Shown: positions 16,122-24,745 of the stretch, one piece after another
Layout: each line of letters opens with the position of its first letter
How positions within the stretch are numbered: position 1 is the first letter of the stretch
DNA from: a virus
Direction: 5' to 3' (one strand)
DNA length: 64,000 bases
Virus record (IMG/VR): IMGVR_UViG_3300020171_000004
Location: 1-64,000 of that record
Notes under the pieces: generated by a model
What the model was told of the DNA's origin: nothing
The model's input: only the letters and a program-made list of their open reading frames with translations
Databases searched by the model: none
Translations under genes and position numbers: made by a program

Positions 16122-16630
16122 GTCTCCTTAAAATTAACTACTCTCATTTGAAGCACTCTATGATATTCTAACATTATTTCAAGTTGTTTATTAAGTAAGT
16201 TAAAATCAAGTTCATCTAATTTTTTTGTTTTATCAAAATCAGTAATAAAAACAGTTAAATTAATAATTTTATTACTTAATTCTTTTTGTTCAGTTAAAAC
16301 TCTTTTTTGATAATCTTTCATCTTAATCTCCTTTATTGCTTCTACAATAAACCAATCATTATCAAGCATATCAGATTGACTTGCTACCCAACCTGGAATC
16401 CATTCTTCTTGGGCATTATACATAGCAAAGTATGGTTGACAATTCAGTGGCTTATCTTCACCAATAAACTTTGCAGTGCGATCATTTACTTTTCTAAATG
16501 TTCCTTGAGTGTTAAATGAGGGAAGGTGCAGTGGATCCATATAAACTACATACATATTTTTACCATTCCACTTCTTACGAGCAATCTTCTTCCCCTGTTT
16601 GGCAACTCTTATAGCATCTCCAAAATCCAT
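16118..16630 (-). CDS. DUF2829 (Tad2-like) domain protein with a C-terminal helical extension, 170 aa
   Basis: Start moved to ATG 16630 (GAGGAG 7 nt upstream). MDFGDAIRVAKQGKKIARKKWNGKNMYVV...YFAMYNAQEEWIPGWVASQSDMLDNDWFIVE matches the DUF2829 signature (WNGK ... PGW.ASQ.DMLA.DW) from memory. Confidence 0.7.
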   Translation of the reverse strand: MDFGDAIRVAKQGKKIARKKWNGKNMYVVYMDPLHLPSFNTQGTFRKVNDRTAKFIGEDKPLNCQPYFAMYNAQEEWIPGWVASQSDMLDNDWFIVEAIKEIKMKDYQKRVLTEQKELSNKIINLTVFITDFDKTKKLDELDFNLLNKQLEIMLEYHRVLQMRVVNFKET

Positions 16631-16631
16631 G

Positions 16632-18809
16632 TTAATTCTCCTCATTGTTAGTCTCTAGTCCATATTCTCTCTTTGCTGTACTTTCAGTAATACCGTTTGG
16701 TGCTTTACCAATACTCATCTGAGTTCTTCCAAGTTCAATCTGATTATTTACTGACTTTTCTTCAAGATCAAGTTTTCTAGAATCATTCTGAATGCCAGCA
16801 ACATCTTTAGCTTGCTTAACTTCTGCATGTGGAATTTCAGCATAAATCTTTTCAGTCTCAGCCTTAAGTTTTTCGATCTTAGCGCTAAGTTCTTCCAACT
16901 TCAGTTGCATCTCCTGCATGGCCATCTGTTCTTCAGGCTTGCCACCTTCAGGCTCTTCAGGAAAGAACTTTTCAATATCTTCAATATCAAGTGCAATCAA
17001 GTATCTACGTAAGATCTCTTTATCATCCAATCCTGATCCACGAAGATCAAGAAGTGCCTTAGCCTTCAGCAGTCTCTGAACCATCGTAGTAGCATTCGGA
17101 TCACTTACTGGTTCAATATCAAAATCACTACTAGAAAAATCAGCCTGAACAATAGCTTGTGCATTGTCAAGAACTAAGCCATAAGTCATCTGATCAAGAT
17201 AAAGTGCATTCAATCGTTTGATCTTCTTGAACTCTTTATACTGTGCTCGATGAATTCGTTTATGAACAGCCAAGTAAACTTGCAATCCCTGTTCAATAAG
17301 TGCCAAGACTGATTCTGCAGGAACATTTGCACCTGGAGAATTACCAGCCAAGATCTCTGTCATTCCAGCAAGTTCTTTTCCTGATTCAATCAGTAAGCCT
17401 AGCAACTGAAACAACGTTGTGCTAGGTTCTCTGATTGGCATTGGAAAGACGTTCTTACGCAGATCATCACCAGTAACATCAACTGGTTTCCACTCACCAG
17501 ATTTCAGTTGAATAGACTTACCACGACCAAGCTTCAAACCACGACCAAGGAATCCTGACTGCCTATTGCTCAATGTTCCAGCATCAATCAGCTGGTTCAG
17601 TAAAGTATTGATAGCACTGTTCGTGCTCATTAACAAACTGCCGAAACCCATTCCATAAAAACCACCATCTACTGATGGCATGAACAGGTAACGAGTAAAA
17701 TACTGTTCTGGAATGATTTTAACTATTTCACCGTTTGGATCTTGAACGCCTTGAGCAGTGTTAGTTCTAATTACTCCATCAGATGCCCAGCGAGGTGAAA
17801 TTCTGACAAGCTTTTCTGTCTGTGCATGAATCGTTACAATGTAAGGTTCTTGATAGCCATCACCATCAAGATCATACCAGCGATGCTGCTCAAGAAATAA
17901 ATGTGGCGTTTCATCATCTACGTCAGAGGTCTTGTCAGAGGTTGCTTGACCAAGTGAGGCAATATCAAACTTTATAAAGGTACCAGAGGTGATTCTCTCG
18001 ACTATCTCGTTATGATAGAGGAAGATTCTGTGGGTAACTCGTGGTGCTCGTTCAAGAGATTCAGCAAAATAATTTACTATTAGATCATCTGCAAAGACTA
18101 AGCTAGAGATATTCTTTCGCTCGATGCTATCAAAGTAACTCTTCTTAAAGGCACAACCAATTGCAGGTAGCGTAAACAGCAACTGATCCACACCTTCTTC
18201 CCAACCATCCATATGAGAAAGAAGCTGAAAAGACATGAACTCACTGATGCGCTGAGACTTTTCAAGTTTCGCTCCGGTAGGATCAGCTCCTATGACCTTG
18301 CCACGAACTACATTATTGCCTTTGATTAGCTCTGGATATGCACGTGAAGCAAATTGCATACATGCATTGATGATCAGTGGATACTTAACGTTTGCTACAA
18401 CTTCACCAGCATAAGTTTTCTTCTTGACATGAAGCTTAGCCAGATCAATGATTTGCAGATTAAGTGCTTCCCACTCAGTACGACTAGCAAGATCAATCTT
18501 ATAACCTTCAATTGCTTTGGTTGTAATGTCAGAAATGATGTCAGCTTTTTGCTGATCTGCAATATTGGTTACTAGAACTAATGCTTCTGCCCGAAGAACT
18601 TCTTTCTCAATAGCTTGCTCAAGTACTTGATCAGCAGGCTGATTTTGCTCATTGAGGATGTCTTCAACTGGTTGCTCTGATGCCCAGACTGGAACATCCT
18701 GAACATTAGATATTTCCTGGTCAGGTAAGGCTTGTGTTCCTGTGGCGCCCATCCCGGCGTTGCCGGTCTGGTCGAGATCAGGGGATTCGTAAGGTTGCAT
18801 CATTGGCAT
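16632..18809 (-). CDS. Portal protein, 725 aa
   Basis: Supported by its size and its position immediately after the large terminase and before the head genes. Confidence 0.7.
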   Translation of the reverse strand: MPMMQPYESPDLDQTGNAGMGATGTQALPDQEISNVQDVPVWASEQPVEDILNEQNQPADQVLEQAIEKEVLRAEALVLVTNIADQQKADIISDITTKAIEGYKIDLASRTEWEALNLQIIDLAKLHVKKKTYAGEVVANVKYPLIINACMQFASRAYPELIKGNNVVRGKVIGADPTGAKLEKSQRISEFMSFQLLSHMDGWEEGVDQLLFTLPAIGCAFKKSYFDSIERKNISSLVFADDLIVNYFAESLERAPRVTHRIFLYHNEIVERITSGTFIKFDIASLGQATSDKTSDVDDETPHLFLEQHRWYDLDGDGYQEPYIVTIHAQTEKLVRISPRWASDGVIRTNTAQGVQDPNGEIVKIIPEQYFTRYLFMPSVDGGFYGMGFGSLLMSTNSAINTLLNQLIDAGTLSNRQSGFLGRGLKLGRGKSIQLKSGEWKPVDVTGDDLRKNVFPMPIREPSTTLFQLLGLLIESGKELAGMTEILAGNSPGANVPAESVLALIEQGLQVYLAVHKRIHRAQYKEFKKIKRLNALYLDQMTYGLVLDNAQAIVQADFSSSDFDIEPVSDPNATTMVQRLLKAKALLDLRGSGLDDKEILRRYLIALDIEDIEKFFPEEPEGGKPEEQMAMQEMQLKLEELSAKIEKLKAETEKIYAEIPHAEVKQAKDVAGIQNDSRKLDLEEKSVNNQIELGRTQMSIGKAPNGITESTAKREYGLETNNEEN

Positions 18810-18812
18810 TAT

Positions 18813-20327
18813 TTAATAACCTGTAACATAACTAGTTTCTGATTCATTATAGATTTCTGACTCTTCCCAAGCTTCAAATTCCCAATAAGGTTTAGCAATA
18901 GCTCGCTGAAGTCCAGACATAACAAAGTAACGCATGCAATCCATTAAGTGATCACGATCTTTGACAATCTGACCATTCTCATCTCGGCGATAGATACGAA
19001 ACTCAGAAAGTAAATTAACTAATGTCCCAAATATCTTGAGCTTTCCAGTAGCAAGCATTTGCCAAGTTTTATAAAGCCCAGACTCAATTGACTTATTTGC
19101 ATTAGTTATATCAAGACCAAGTGTCATGTAAATTTCAAAGAGTTGCTTACCATCTTCCTGCGAACGCCCATGAGCTGCAGAATCTATGACTCCTGGAATC
19201 CAAAAGCCTCGAGCCTTGATTCCTTCAGCATGAATTACAGGTTCTGCCATGCCTTGATAGTATTCCGAGAACAAGAATGTTATACCACTTGTAGGATCAG
19301 TTGCGCCCCAAAGGCAGGCAGTTTTTTTCCAACCAACATCAAGAGCATAAGCTTTCTTCCAATGATCAGGAATAGGGAAATCATTTACTACAATATTGCT
19401 CTCTAGGATTGGATAAATTGCACCAGAGCCAAGCTGTGGAACTCCTTTAGATCTTGCTTCACGTTGGTGCGGCGGCAGAGCAGCAAAGAGTTTATCCTTT
19501 TGTTCTTTGGTAAGATGTGGAGCATCATCCCAAGTAGCTTGAATCAAGAACCTTGAACCTTCTTGATGTTCTTCGATTTTGCCTTCAGGCATGAACTGTA
19601 GGACTGTTTCAGTAAGTCCTGCAAGTGGCGTAAAGGTTAGCATGATCAAACCATTGGTCGTCATGGTTCGAGTCAAGCATTCAGTATATATATCTAATGG
19701 ACATTCCTCGTCTAACCAAATTAGATCTTGTTCTGTTCCTTCGAATGACTTTCTACCTTCAGCATATGATTTGATCTTGATACGTGAAATTCCACCTGAG
19801 ATATGCTGAACAAGGATTGTGTCTATTGCATTCGGAACACCACCAGCACGAGGTGTTGTCTTAAGAATGTACTTTTCTGGGATCAGACCTGTTCCGTGTT
19901 CCTCTGGTGTGCCGACTAGTTTGAACTGAACAATATCACGGGCTGTTGTGCTGGTTGTTCCGCAAGCCCATACAGTTACAGGCTGAGTAAAACGATGACC
20001 AGGCCACCAATCAGAATATCGCCCAGTTGCATGAAGAGTTGTTTCATACGCGCCAATTCCCTCGCTCTTACCTATACGATTTGCCGCCATGATGCATCGC
20101 TCTGGAAATTTGCTACCAGCAGCAAAGAATTCCATATGCTTTGGATAGTTATGGCGGCTAAGAAGTCCAGTTTCTGGATAATACTGAATGATGCGATTTT
20201 GTTTTATTCTGGCTGACTTTTCTTTTAATAGTTTAAGATATTGTTCCTTCTGATCTCTATTCAACGTAGAGATGTCTGCTAAGATCTGATCAGTTGATGG
20301 AATAATATTTTGGCTAAGTTCTTGCAT
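18813..20327 (-). CDS. terL: Terminase large subunit
   Basis: Walker A-like AANRIGKSEG and Walker B LIWLDEECP, followed by a nuclease-type C-terminal half. It lies upstream of the portal. Confidence 0.85.
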   Translation of the reverse strand: MQELSQNIIPSTDQILADISTLNRDQKEQYLKLLKEKSARIKQNRIIQYYPETGLLSRHNYPKHMEFFAAGSKFPERCIMAANRIGKSEGIGAYETTLHATGRYSDWWPGHRFTQPVTVWACGTTSTTARDIVQFKLVGTPEEHGTGLIPEKYILKTTPRAGGVPNAIDTILVQHISGGISRIKIKSYAEGRKSFEGTEQDLIWLDEECPLDIYTECLTRTMTTNGLIMLTFTPLAGLTETVLQFMPEGKIEEHQEGSRFLIQATWDDAPHLTKEQKDKLFAALPPHQREARSKGVPQLGSGAIYPILESNIVVNDFPIPDHWKKAYALDVGWKKTACLWGATDPTSGITFLFSEYYQGMAEPVIHAEGIKARGFWIPGVIDSAAHGRSQEDGKQLFEIYMTLGLDITNANKSIESGLYKTWQMLATGKLKIFGTLVNLLSEFRIYRRDENGQIVKDRDHLMDCMRYFVMSGLQRAIAKPYWEFEAWEESEIYNESETSYVTGY

Positions 20328-21037
20328 TAGTTTCGAAATAAACTAGCTGGCAGCTTAGATAACAAAGAAATGGATTCTTCCGACGTTGATACAGGAGAAT
20401 TTGGAAGATTCATATGACAGTCAAGCGATTCATCTTGGTGATTATCTTTAAAGAAATTAACAAGTTGATCGGAAGAATCCATATCTTCAGCATCTAAATA
20501 TTCAAGGTCTTGTTCAGTTTCAATGGTTAATTCTGGCTGTTCATCGGTGAACACATCAAACTCAGTAGCGGATGTTTTTGGTAAAGGATCTGCAAGTTGA
20601 TTTGGATCTTGTTTGTAGGTCTTTGCAATTGACTGTTGCATTGCATTGATTTCAGCGTCGATTTCTTGATCTGTCTTAGTCTGCATTGTCATGTCAACAT
20701 GCAATCTGTCTGGTGCTTTGTAACCTGTTCGATCAAGGACATCTTTTGCCGCAGTGAGCTGAACTGAGTGAGGTGCTTTCTCGGCAGGATTCATGATGCG
20801 CTCAAGAACACTCAGGGCAGAAGTATTCATACTCACGAGTTTTTTACGAACATCAAGTGTTGATTCTTGAGCTTTATCTTGCAGGCCTTCAAGGTAGGCT
20901 TGGCCAAGAGGAGACCTGATGATCTGGCTAACCGTACAATCTGACATTTCCATGCGCTCAGCTATGTCTTTATTCTTATAACCTGAAAAGGCCATTTGAA
21001 TTATTGTTCGATGTTGAGTGCGCAGTTCTTTCAGCAT
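20327..21037 (-). CDS. Terminase small subunit candidate with an N-terminal HTH, 236 aa
   Basis: A LuxR/sigma-r4-like HTH (YKNKDIAERMEMSDCTVSQIIRS) and an acidic C-terminus. Its stop overlaps the terL start. Confidence 0.55.
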   Translation of the reverse strand: MLKELRTQHRTIIQMAFSGYKNKDIAERMEMSDCTVSQIIRSPLGQAYLEGLQDKAQESTLDVRKKLVSMNTSALSVLERIMNPAEKAPHSVQLTAAKDVLDRTGYKAPDRLHVDMTMQTKTDQEIDAEINAMQQSIAKTYKQDPNQLADPLPKTSATEFDVFTDEQPELTIETEQDLEYLDAEDMDSSDQLVNFFKDNHQDESLDCHMNLPNSPVSTSEESISLLSKLPASLFRN

Positions 21038-21052
21038 TTGATTTGTTCTCAG

Positions 21053-21250
21053 TTACTTAACAGTTGAATTAGTTAATTTAGCTAACTCTATTTCTGCTTG
21101 TTGATATATATTCAATACTTCAATCATTTGATGAATACAAAAATGTTTACCTTCAGGTGTTCTTAATTGCTTAATCTCAATTGAAAGTTGTTCCATTGCT
21201 CTTTGTCGCTCTTCTGCGTTTTCATATTGTTTCAAAAATGATAATGGCAT
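21053..21250 (-). CDS. Hypothetical protein, 65 aa (first gene of the leftward late block)
   Basis: An intact ATG ORF predicted to be helical. Confidence 0.4.
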   Translation of the reverse strand: MPLSFLKQYENAEERQRAMEQLSIEIKQLRTPEGKHFCIHQMIEVLNIYQQAEIELAKLTNSTVK

Positions 21251-21800
21251 GACATTTAATCTCCTGGATTATTTGTTAGTTCCTGGAATATAAAACTGTG
21301 TATGTCCGTCCAGGAGTCGGTAAAGATAGCGAGTCACCACACACAATAAACAAATTAGCATTTATATTAGAAGCGTAACCTTTTTAACGTAGGATTGCAA
21401 GCAAATAGTGAATGGTGACAAAGTTTCGCAAATGACACATTTTGCCGTCATTGTTGCAGATCGCTGGATTATTTTTCGAAGGCTGACTGGTGATTCGCCT
21501 TAGCGAAGTTTCTTGATTGTTTGATCACTTTAGCGAGTTTGGTGCAAAGTTCCCTAATGACGACATTTCTTAGAGTCTGCCCTCCACAACTCATAGGTGA
21601 AAGGCATTATCCGTCATATGGGATCGAGGCATCGGGTCTGTGGCAGTTAGGCACACAAGAAAATTGTTCCCGTTCTTGCAGTTATTTCAAGAATCAATAT
21701 TAAATAATAATTACTCATAACAGAGAAACATTCCCAAACATAATCAACTCGAATAGATAGTGAAGCATTTATTGAACGTTAAACTATTTCAAAATAAAAC

Positions 21801-21829
21801 TTGACAATGGTATTAATGTGGAATAGATT
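21801..21829 (+). promoter_or_regulatory. Early promoter P1 (sigma70 consensus-like)
   Basis: TTGACA-17 nt-TAGATT, preceded by the A-rich aaactatttcaaaataaaac. Confidence 0.7.
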
Positions 21830-21884
21830 AACAGTATCAGGAACGGAATAGTTTTAACATTTTTAAACTATCTCAAAATAAAAC

Positions 21885-21913
21885 TTGACAACCATAAAAC
21901 TTGTGAGTATATT
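21885..21913 (+). promoter_or_regulatory. Early promoter P2
   Basis: TTGACA-17 nt-TATATT. The upstream 20 nt (aaactatctcaaaataaaac) is nearly identical to that of P1. Confidence 0.7.
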
Positions 21914-21985
21914 AAAGTTATCAACAATGAAATAGTTATACAGATAACAAACCTTGAATGGTTGCAACTGTAAACAAATTAATTG

Positions 21986-22014
21986 TTGACAAGAACGAAA
22001 CAGTTTTATATAGT
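21986..22014 (+). promoter_or_regulatory. Early promoter P3
   Basis: TTGACA-17 nt-TATAGT, about 45 nt upstream of the first plus-strand ORF. Confidence 0.65.
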
Positions 22015-22060
22015 AGAAATTAAGAGAACTTAAAGTACAACCTTAACCTTGGAGAATATT

Positions 22061-22171
22061 ATGAACTCTTACATTTTAGAATCTTTTGAAAATTACAGAA
22101 TACAAGAAAGTTACTTCATTTCAAAAAGGCTCTTTCAGTTTATTACAAAAGAAATTTTACGGAGGAACTAA
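22061..22171 (+). CDS. Small early protein, 36 aa (below the track cutoff)
   Basis: GGAGAA lies 5 nt before the ATG. Hand-translated as MNSYILESFENYRIQESYFISKRLFQFITKEILRRN. Its stop abuts the next ATG. Confidence 0.3.
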   Translation: MNSYILESFENYRIQESYFISKRLFQFITKEILRRN

Positions 22172-22384
22172 ATGAAAAACATAACAATATGCTTAAAACC
22201 TGAAACGATAAAACAATTTAAGGAACTGGCAACCTTGAAAGGATATTCAATTTCTGGCTGGATAAATGCAAAGATGGAAGAAGAAATTACCAAAACGAAA
22301 ACTGTAGAGGAACAAAAACTTTTTGCACTTCTATGCAAACTAACCAAAGAAGAACTAAATAAATTGTATGAATTATATTTATAA
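22172..22384 (+). CDS. Ribbon-helix-helix (Arc/CopG-like) DNA-binding protein, 70 aa
   Basis: ITICLKPETIKQFKELATLKGYSISGWINAKMEEE fits a strand-helix-helix pattern. It is the first sizeable early gene. Confidence 0.5.
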   Translation: MKNITICLKPETIKQFKELATLKGYSISGWINAKMEEEITKTKTVEEQKLFALLCKLTKEELNKLYELYL

Positions 22385-22389
22385 AAAAC

Positions 22390-22418
22390 TTGACAAGTAA
22401 TGAGATAATTAGTAAGAT
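22390..22418 (+). promoter_or_regulatory. Early promoter P4
   Basis: aaaaaacTTGACA-17 nt-TAAGAT. The downstream tatcagggaaagaatagtt resembles the leaders of P1 and P2. Confidence 0.65.
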
Positions 22419-22493
22419 TTAAACTATCAGGGAAAGAATAGTTCTTAGCCTTGAAAATGTGGAATAATCCACAAAACCAAAAGAGGTGACATC

Positions 22494-22973
22494 ATGGCAG
22501 AATCAATCTACACTCAGCTTGAGAATCAAACTGTTTTAACTCCAGTGGATGGCAAGGACTTTCGTCATCCTTTACCAGCTGGCCTGTTCCCAACTGACAA
22601 GCAATTCGAATCAGAAACAGACTTGATTGCATGGGCTGAAGAGAATGATTACACTTATCCACTCATTCAGAAAGGACTCCAGAAAGCAATCATCGAAGTG
22701 CGAGCGGCCTTTAAATCATGCCCGAAAGATAAGGTCTGGTCTGAAGATCTGGGTCTGAAAAATATCGATGATATGGTATGGAAAATTGTTGACCGACCAA
22801 ACACAGGGGGAACCAAGTCACTTGATGCAGCCAGATTTAATGACTGCATGAAGATGATTTCAAACCTGACCATGAATGGCATGGATAGTGCCACAATCCG
22901 CACAATGGTTACTCCTATCTATGGCGAAGAGGTAGTTGATACCATCTTTACTGAATTGGAAGCCTTGGCATAA
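22494..22973 (+). CDS. Early protein, 159 aa, function unknown
   Basis: GAGGTG RBS and higher G+C than its neighbours. It is the first gene after P4. Confidence 0.55.
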   Translation: MAESIYTQLENQTVLTPVDGKDFRHPLPAGLFPTDKQFESETDLIAWAEENDYTYPLIQKGLQKAIIEVRAAFKSCPKDKVWSEDLGLKNIDDMVWKIVDRPNTGGTKSLDAARFNDCMKMISNLTMNGMDSATIRTMVTPIYGEEVVDTIFTELEALA

Positions 22974-23015
22974 CTTGAAACTTACCGCACATGCGGTATC
23001 ACTTGGTGATTAACT

Positions 23016-23117
23016 ATGAGCTATTCAAAACGATTCCTTGCTTTCTTCAATCGCAAAAGCCCTATATATTTTCCAGACTGGTTAGTTGACGCATGGTATA
23101 AACAGTTTCAAGAGATG
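23016..23117 (+). CDS. Small ORF, 33 aa (speculative)
   Basis: Hand-translated as MSYSKRFLAFFNRKSPIYFPDWLVDAWYNSFKR. It has no clear RBS. Confidence 0.2.
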
Positions 23118-23146
23118 AAAATATCTTTTGAATAAACTAACTTGCC

Positions 23147-23186
23147 TGAGCCGGATATGATCCTTTGTGATTATATTCGGCTTTTG
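23147..23186 (+). terminator. Rho-independent terminator candidate
   Basis: Stem agccggatat / atattcggct (one G-U pair) with a 14-nt loop, followed by TTTTGT. Confidence 0.5.
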
Positions 23187-23230
23187 TCATTGGTAATGGT
23201 GAAAAACTTGCTTGAGTGATTAGCAAGGCT

Positions 23231-23244
23231 GTTCATTGGTGAAC
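23231..23244. repeat. GTTCA-N4-TGAAC palindrome, copy a
   Basis: The sequence ggCTGTTCAttggTGAACAG gives a 7-bp stem and is intergenic. Confidence 0.8.
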
Positions 23245-23462
23245 AGATGGAAGGAAAATGTGTCCGAATGTGATTTATTTGTGGCTGAATTGTGGCTGAA
23301 TGTGGTCAAACGTACACAAAAGAAGTGTGTACAAACGTACCCAAACGGCCACAAAACAACCTGTACACGGTGACAAAACACACATGACCACAAAAAGAAA
23401 TTGTAATGATTTCAACATGTTAGCTTTATGTGGTGATAATTGTGTGTGAAATGTGGGCAACC

Positions 23463-23572
23463 GTACACCACCCTCCCGTCTCTAAGAGATTAGTTGGTAG
23501 TAGGAATTATTATTAAATTTTTTTTTTTAAAGCCTCCTAAAGACTCCATATCCTTAAGGGAGGGTGGTGTAC
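23463..23572. repeat. 15-bp perfect inverted repeat flanking an 80-nt A/T-rich spacer with a T11 run
   Basis: gtacaccaccctccc (23463-23477) pairs with gggagggtggtgtac (23558-23572). The T11 run is at 23518-23528. The flanks extend the dyad imperfectly (gtgtgtg...tgtgg versus ccac...cacacac). Confidence 0.85.
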
Positions 23573-23845
23573 ACATGACCACAAAACGCACACACCGACC
23601 AAACATTCCCCGTAATATCAACCACTTAGCAAAACAAACCGTAACCAAAAACAGGCACACTTAGCAACAAACCGCACCAAAACAGGCACAAACCGCACCA
23701 ACAACACATACAAGACAGCTACAACCGGACACAACCGGACACAAAAAACAGTGGACAAACGGCCACAACCGTGTTAAATTGTCACCATACCGCACCACTG
23801 AGCAAAACGCTCACCAAATCAACAAACCTCAAAAGGAGAATCACC

Positions 23846-24433
23846 ATGTCAAGCCATCACATGTCCTTTCGCTTAAACCATTACCAACTAGCTAAAGCAT
23901 TAAGAATTCTGGTAACTCTTGAACCTAATCAACCAATATCATCCCTCAGCCAAGCAGCAAAGATAATCATCATTGACTGGATTTCAAAACATTCCATCAA
24001 TTCATCCTTGGAAACATCACAAGCAGACATTGAAGCCATCAAGTTAATAGCCTCACTACCATCTAATCAAATCGACCCATATAATACCATACAAAATGCC
24101 TTCGCACAAGCACAATCAAACTATCGGCAACCATCACAACTAAAAGTACAGACACAGAAACCAGACTGGCAAATACAGCGAGACCTTGAAGATGAAAGAA
24201 TCTTCCAAGAGATGAAGCAGGAATCATTAGAAAAAGCCAAACAAGCAGAGCAAGAAAAACTCACGCAACAAAACAAAGATATAGCCGAACAAATCAAGCT
24301 AGCGTCTCAAGCATTAAATCGAACAAAACCAAAGCCCTCAGAATTTCATGATCCCAACATTACCGAATCATCTATTTCAACCGTAACTGATTTCAGCCCG
24401 CCACCTGAATGGAAAGATCAGCAAGATAAATAA
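23846..24433 (+). CDS. Early protein, 195 aa, with an RHH-like N-terminus (paralogue family with 27296 and 28044)
   Basis: Start moved to ATG 23846 (AAGGAG 7 nt upstream). The N-terminus SFRLNHYQLAKALRIL parallels TIRLTPYQLARGLQTI of 27296..27559. Confidence 0.55.
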   Translation: MSSHHMSFRLNHYQLAKALRILVTLEPNQPISSLSQAAKIIIIDWISKHSINSSLETSQADIEAIKLIASLPSNQIDPYNTIQNAFAQAQSNYRQPSQLKVQTQKPDWQIQRDLEDERIFQEMKQESLEKAKQAEQEKLTQQNKDIAEQIKLASQALNRTKPKPSEFHDPNITESSISTVTDFSPPPEWKDQQDK

Positions 24434-24449
24434 GAATAGGCAAACCAAC

Positions 24450-24518
24450 GAAAAGAGCGTACCGGAACGGCCAGGACGTGCCATAAAAAGGCCAAAACCG
24501 ACCCGCCACGCTCTTTTC
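24450..24518 (+). other. 11-bp perfect long-range hairpin with competing partners (candidate structured RNA or attenuator)
   Basis: gaaaagagcgt (24450-60) pairs with acgctcttttc (24508-18). The adjacent accggaa (24461-67) can pair with ttccggt (24525-31). A second acgctttt copy lies at 24519-26. Confidence 0.4.
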
Positions 24519-24745
24519 ACGCTTTTCCGGTGTATTCATACCATCCACCACAAACGGCCCGTCACGGTCAACCTAGCGACAAAATAAAAGCCACCTTTCA
24601 GCACCAAAAAGACCATATTTTTTCCTTGCATTCCCTTTGTTTTCGTGTTACGGTTCTGCATAGTCCTTTTTTACACGGCCACCACAAAAACGCCCCTATA
24701 TATAAAGGGCAAACCAAAACAACCAACTAATCAAAGGAACCAATC

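Noticed and set aside
21778-22430. Spaced direct repeats that might be a mini CRISPR array.
   Set aside because: The repeated unit is an A-rich block plus TTGACA-17 nt-TAnAnT, that is, promoters. Spacing is irregular (84, 101 and 404 bp), the repeats are not identical over 25 nt or more, and no cas genes are present.
23275-23460. Track ORFs inside the non-coding G+C-rich regions: 23275..23460 (minus), 24530..24730 (plus), 21521..21703 (plus) and 7563..7781 (plus).
   Set aside because: They have alternative (TTG or GTG) starts or an ATG without an RBS. They have repeat-driven, low-complexity translations (His/Thr/Pro/Cys-rich), and some overlap better-supported elements on the other strand.
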